This document shows positions 8,203 through 12,945 of a stretch of 12,945 nt of DNA, in pieces (position 1 is the stretch's first letter; every line of letters begins with the position of its first letter). Origin of the DNA: Octopus sinensis (Eukaryota); the NCBI RefSeq assembly GCF_006345805.1, contig NW_021826398.1, positions 1-12,945 of the forward strand, written 5' to 3'. The notes under the pieces are model-generated. The model was given only the letters and a program-made list of their open reading frames with translations. It had not been told where the DNA came from and did no database searches. Both the position numbers and the translations under genes were made by a program.

Positions 8203-8828
8203 TACATCATCATCATCATAATCATCATCATCATCATCATTATCATCCTCGTCATCATCATCGTCGTCGTCGTCATCATCATCAATCATCATCATCATCA
8301 TCATCGTCGTCGTCATCATCATCACCGTCATCATCATCGTGGTCGTCGTCATGATCATCGTCATGATCATCGTCGTCATGATCATCACCGTCATCATCAT
8401 CGTCGTCGTCGTCATCATCATCATCATCATCAACATCATCATCATAATCATCAACATCATCATCATTATCATCCTCGTCATCATCATCGTCGTCGTCATC
8501 ATCATCATCATCATCATCATCATCGTCGTCGTCGTCATCATCATCACCGTCATCATCATCGTCGTCGTCATCATCATCACCGTCATCATCATCGTGGTCG
8601 TCGTCATCATCATCGTCATGATCATCGTCGTCATGATCATCACCGTCATCATCATCGTCGTCGTCGTCATCATCATCATCATCATCAACATCATCATCAT
8701 CGTCATCATCATCATCATCATCGTCATCGTCGTCATAACCATCACCGTCATTATCATCGTCGTCATCACCATCACCGTCATCATCATCGTCGTCATCACC
8801 ATCACCGTCATCATCGTCGTCGTCGTCG

Positions 8829-8879
<51 letters not shown>

Positions 8880-8881
8880 GT

Positions 8882-8913
<32 letters not shown>

Positions 8914-8925
8914 CATCATCACCAT
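8203..8925. repeat. Compound (ATC/GTC)n trinucleotide array with higher-order duplication and a (CAG)n block
   Basis: Direct reading. Sub-blocks recur at about 8216 and 8441, and at about 8321 and 8576. Confidence 0.95.
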
Positions 8926-9155
8926 TTACTCTCTGTTTTCTACATTGGTATGGGCTGGATGGCTGGACAGGAGCTGGCCAGTCAGAAGACAGCGCGAAGC
9001 TCCCATTTGCAATGGCTTCTACAACTGGATGCACTTCTTAACGCCAACCACTTTACAAGCGCTTCTTAAATGACACCAGCAACAGTGAGGTCACCAAACA
9101 ATTTACAGTACAAGCATACGTACGTACATACATACATACATACATACACACATAG

Positions 9156-9359
9156 TACTCTTTTACTCCTTTACTTGTTTCAGTCATTTGACTTAGGCCA
9201 TGCTGGAGCACTGCCTTTAGTCGAGCACATCGATCCCAGGACTTATTCTTTGTAGTACTTATTCTATCGGTCTTTTTGTCGAACCGCTAAGTTTTCGGGA
9301 CGTAAACACCAGCATCGGTTGTCAAGCGATGTTGGGGGGGGGGTACAAACACAGACACA

Positions 9360-9393
<34 letters not shown>

Positions 9394-9410
9394 ACACACA
9401 CGCGCGCGCG

Positions 9411-9456
<46 letters not shown>

Positions 9457-9626
9457 ATATATATATATGACGGGCTTCTTTCAGTTTCCGTCTACCAAAT
9501 CCACACACACGGTTTTGATCGGCCCGAGGCTATAGTAGAAGACACTTTCCCAAGATGCCACGCAGTGGGACTGAACACGGAACCTTGTAGTTCGTAAGCA
9601 AGCTACTTACCACACAGCCACTCCTG
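9156..9626 (-). mobile_element. tRNA-derived SINE with internal (CA)n/(CG)n and an AGTAAAAG-type tail
   Basis: Minus-strand A box TGGCTGTGTGG (9610-9620) and B-box-like GTTCAGTCCC (9567-9576). Its 3' half aligns closely with the copy at 12261-12472. Confidence 0.85.
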
Positions 9627-9840
9627 TTGCTTTCTCGTATACAAGCGAAGCCATCCCTAGAAAGAATCATTGAAATGAGTCATTGATGGTGCAATGTGAG
9701 GCCCTTGTATGATTCTTGAGCCGAGCCAAAGATTTGCACATTCTATGTGGTGGGTGGCACAGGGAGCAGGTGCCACAGTATGAACTCTTTTGACATTACC
9801 TTTTCAATCCTCCGACTGAAAGGCACACATTTCCACAAGT

Positions 9841-9842
<2 letters not shown>

Positions 9843-9889
<47 letters not shown>
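9843..9889. repeat. (CA)n microsatellite
   Basis: Direct reading. Further (CA)n and (ACAT)n arrays lie at about 9113-9150, 10300-10393 and 11032-11050. Confidence 0.95.
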
Positions 9890-9892
<3 letters not shown>

Positions 9893-10013
9893 GACTTATG
9901 TGTGTGTATTATTAACCACATAAACTGAAGGTATATGCTTCGTGTAGTTCCCCGTGGCTGCACTCTCAAACGTTGAGTTGTATACACCTCAGAGTCATGG
10001 ATAGACGAGGTAG

Positions 10014-10161
10014 CTCACCTTCAATCGCCATTTTTGTGGCATGCCAACATTAAACATTATATACCCACCAGGGTTGAAGGCAAATCACCAAGTGATGTCG
10101 ACCAGCCACACAAACGGCGAAATATCGGTCTCCATCACTCCCAAATGGGATTGAAGGTGAG
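10014..10161. repeat. 148-bp unit with 19-bp terminal inverted repeats (MITE-like or fold-back)
   Basis: CTCACCTTCAATC-G-CCATTT (10014-10033) is the reverse complement of AAATGG-GATTGAAGGTGAG (10143-10161), apart from one bulged G. Confidence 0.55.
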
Positions 10162-10337
10162 TCACATCGCCTGTCCGTGACTGAGATGTTTTAACACCCG
10201 GCGCTATTGCAGCCACCGGAAAATACACGAAGCATATACGTTAAGAATATGTTATTAATATTTATTATACTAGAGCTGCTTATATTTTATACATACATAT
10301 ATACATACATACATACATACACACACACTCACTCACT

Positions 10338-10400
<63 letters not shown>

Positions 10401-10563
10401 TGGCTCCTCATACGTACGTTTCATGTTTGCGTGATATGCAACAGGAAATGCATCCATTACGTAAACCGTCGTCAGTTAATGTATTTCAACTAAAACATAC
10501 GTACTAAATGGTTTCACAATATCTCTATTTGCTCTGACTTCATTATTGTAACTAATACGTAAT

Positions 10564-10775
10564 GCGGCAAGCTGACAGAACCGTTAGTACGCCGTTAGCA
10601 ATGCTTAGCGGCATTTCGTGTGTCTTTACGTTCTCAGTTCAAATTCCGCCGAGGTCGACTTTTTCTTTTCGTCCTTTCGGGGTCGATAAAAAAGTATCAC
10701 TTAAGTAATGGGTTCGATGAAACCGACTAACCTCCGTTCCTCCACCTCAAAAAAAAAGGAAAATATTCAGACCGT
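10564..10775 (+). mobile_element. Degenerate tRNA-derived SINE
   Basis: Head GCGGCAAGCTGACAGAACCGTTAG, B-box-like GTTCAAATTCC (10637-10647), then GAGGTCGACTTT...CCTTTCGGGGTCGATAAA. The 3' limit is approximate. Confidence 0.7.
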
Positions 10776-11030
10776 GTTTATATATATCTATATATATATA
10801 TATATATATATATATGTGACCACGTGTGTACCGTTGGCGATTTTTTTTCCCTCTGTCTTTCCTTCTCTCTGGATCTTTCCTTCTCCTATGTTTTCCGACG
10901 AAGAGCTCCGCTCGAAACGTTAACCCTCCTTCTTCCCTTTCCTTTCTTCCTGAGCGTCCAATAATACTATATTTGTTCCACGTTCTCGCGTTGTTGTGTT
11001 TCCTCTTTGTGTTTTCATGTTTGGATTAAC

Positions 11031-11071
<41 letters not shown>

Positions 11072-11234
11072 GAGGATTATTACAACTATTACGGCTCGAT
11101 TCTAGTACAAACAATCCGGTTTTGATTCCACCTATGTAGGTACTGTATCAACGATTTGCAGCAGTCTCTTATATTTGACTAGAGTCGAAAATTCTAGTAA
11201 CATATAACGCTTCTTAGCGTAACACGAAGTAATA

Positions 11235-11287
11235 TATAAATAATTTATATATATATATATCACACATATATATATATATATATATAT

Positions 11288-11347
<60 letters not shown>

Positions 11348-11410
11348 TATATATATACACATACATACATACACAAAAATATATATATATAATTATATAT
11401 AAGTGTGTCT
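11235..11410. repeat. (TA)n microsatellite
   Basis: Direct reading. Another (TA)n lies at about 10779-10815. Confidence 0.95.
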
Positions 11411-12260
11411 ATATTATATAATATTTGCAATATATTGTTTAAATATATAATATCTACCTTTATTATTGTCGGAAGATATTTCGTGTAACATCCCTCTCCA
11501 CCACCTTGCTTTTTTTTATTTCTAAATATTTTTTTCCCCAGAAAATCTTTGTTGGATTTCTATGTATGAAACATCGTAGATTACGATTCTGCGAAAGAAA
11601 TGTTCCGAAAAATGGTAATGTTTTCATGTTTTTGCCAGTCCCGTTTTTCCGCTACTCAGTATGCAAACTGCTGTAATATTTTTTTTTCCCCCTTTTCATT
11701 TTAGCTTTGCTATTTAGTTTGTAAAATACATATTTGAAACGTATGGGATGACGTAGCTTTATAATGGAGTTTCTCACAAAACCCTCTTCTTATTTTCTGC
11801 TTTTTGAAGCGGAGTTGTTTTTTCTTATGCCGAAAGAGCGCCATTATATAAACATGCATGCATACGATACATTCATAGATATACACTAACATACATTCAA
11901 GCATGCATGCATCTATACTTGCATGCATAAATGTCTACTTAGCTTCATATACACATGCATACCTTGTGTATATATATACAGCATGATGACGGCGAGAAAG
12001 CTGATATTTCGAAGTCACTATCAATCTTTATAAAAAGGAATATGTATTGCGTTATCCTTTAATGTAATGTTAAATTGTTTTTACACATAATTTATCATTA
12101 ATACATATACACACATAATATAATATATATGTCTAATATACATTATGATGCACACATACACACACAACACACACACACGCACACATATATATACATATAT
12201 ATACATATATCTATATACATGTATATATACACACACGCAGCATATATATATATATATATA

Positions 12261-12472
12261 TACTCTTTACTCTTTTACTTGTTTCAGTCATTTGACTGCG
12301 GCCATGCTGGAGCACCGCCTTTAGTCGAGCAAATCGAACCCAGGACAAATTCTTTTAAAGCCTAGTACGTATTCTATCGGTGTCTTTTGCCGAACCGCTA
12401 AGTTACGGGGACGTAGACACACCACCATCGGTTGTCAAGCGATGTTGGGGGGACAATCACACACACACACAC
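12261..12472 (-). mobile_element. 5'-truncated SINE, same family as 9156-9626
   Basis: TACTCTTTTACTTGTTTCAGTCATTTGAC...GGTTGTCAAGCGATGTTGGGGGG aligns to about 9156-9345. The tRNA head is absent. Confidence 0.88.
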
Positions 12473-12536
12473 AAATATTATTCGGTATATCTTATCTTTA
12501 GTAGGTATAGAAGCAGATGCGTTACGTAAGATTAAC

Positions 12537-12689
<153 letters not shown>

Positions 12690-12945
12690 ATTATATCAAA
12701 TTTGTTTTTTTTATTATGGTTTTATTATTTATTTAATTCAAAAGAATTATAAATATATGGGACACCCAAATCTTTTAAGTGCTTAGAATTTCTATGGGTC
12801 TTAATTCGGTCCTGCAGATCATTGATGAAATAATTACCGGTAAAATATTGCAGCTGACTCAATAGCCTATATTTAAATTTAAGATCTTGTGTCGTCTTTT
12901 TTGTCTTGAAATCGATCTTCATTGCTGGGTTCGGTTCTAGAACTG

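Noticed and set aside
9395-9450. (CA)n(CG)n(CA)n Z-DNA-prone tract
   Set aside because: An ordinary compound dinucleotide expansion inside a SINE; also seen at about 10340-10393.

Overview
Repeat-rich, AT-rich animal DNA, most likely non-coding DNA from a cephalopod. The Octopus assignment is an inference from the tRNA-derived SINE families and dense microsatellites. No host gene can be called with confidence. The main object is a 5'-truncated L1/Tx1-clade non-LTR retrotransposon (3158-7806, +). It carries an ORF1 C-terminal remnant and an ORF2 with AP-endonuclease, reverse transcriptase and a C-terminal CCHC motif, split by about 15 single-base frameshifts. It sits inside a (TCTA)n/(TAGA)n microsatellite. 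A second, diverged copy made of essentially only the 3'UTR (2602-2885) is inserted in the same array, in the same orientation and repeat phase. Together they point to a (TCTA)n-targeting LINE family with a structured, conserved 3'UTR and no poly(A) tail. Other content: a canonical hammerhead-ribozyme core at the window start, a degenerate hammerhead-like/Penelope-like repeat, four SINE copies (one with a 12-bp TSD), a 148-bp inverted-repeat unit, and a higher-order (ATC/GTC)n array that reads as poly-Asp. Most other ORFs in the track are microsatellite or antisense artefacts.
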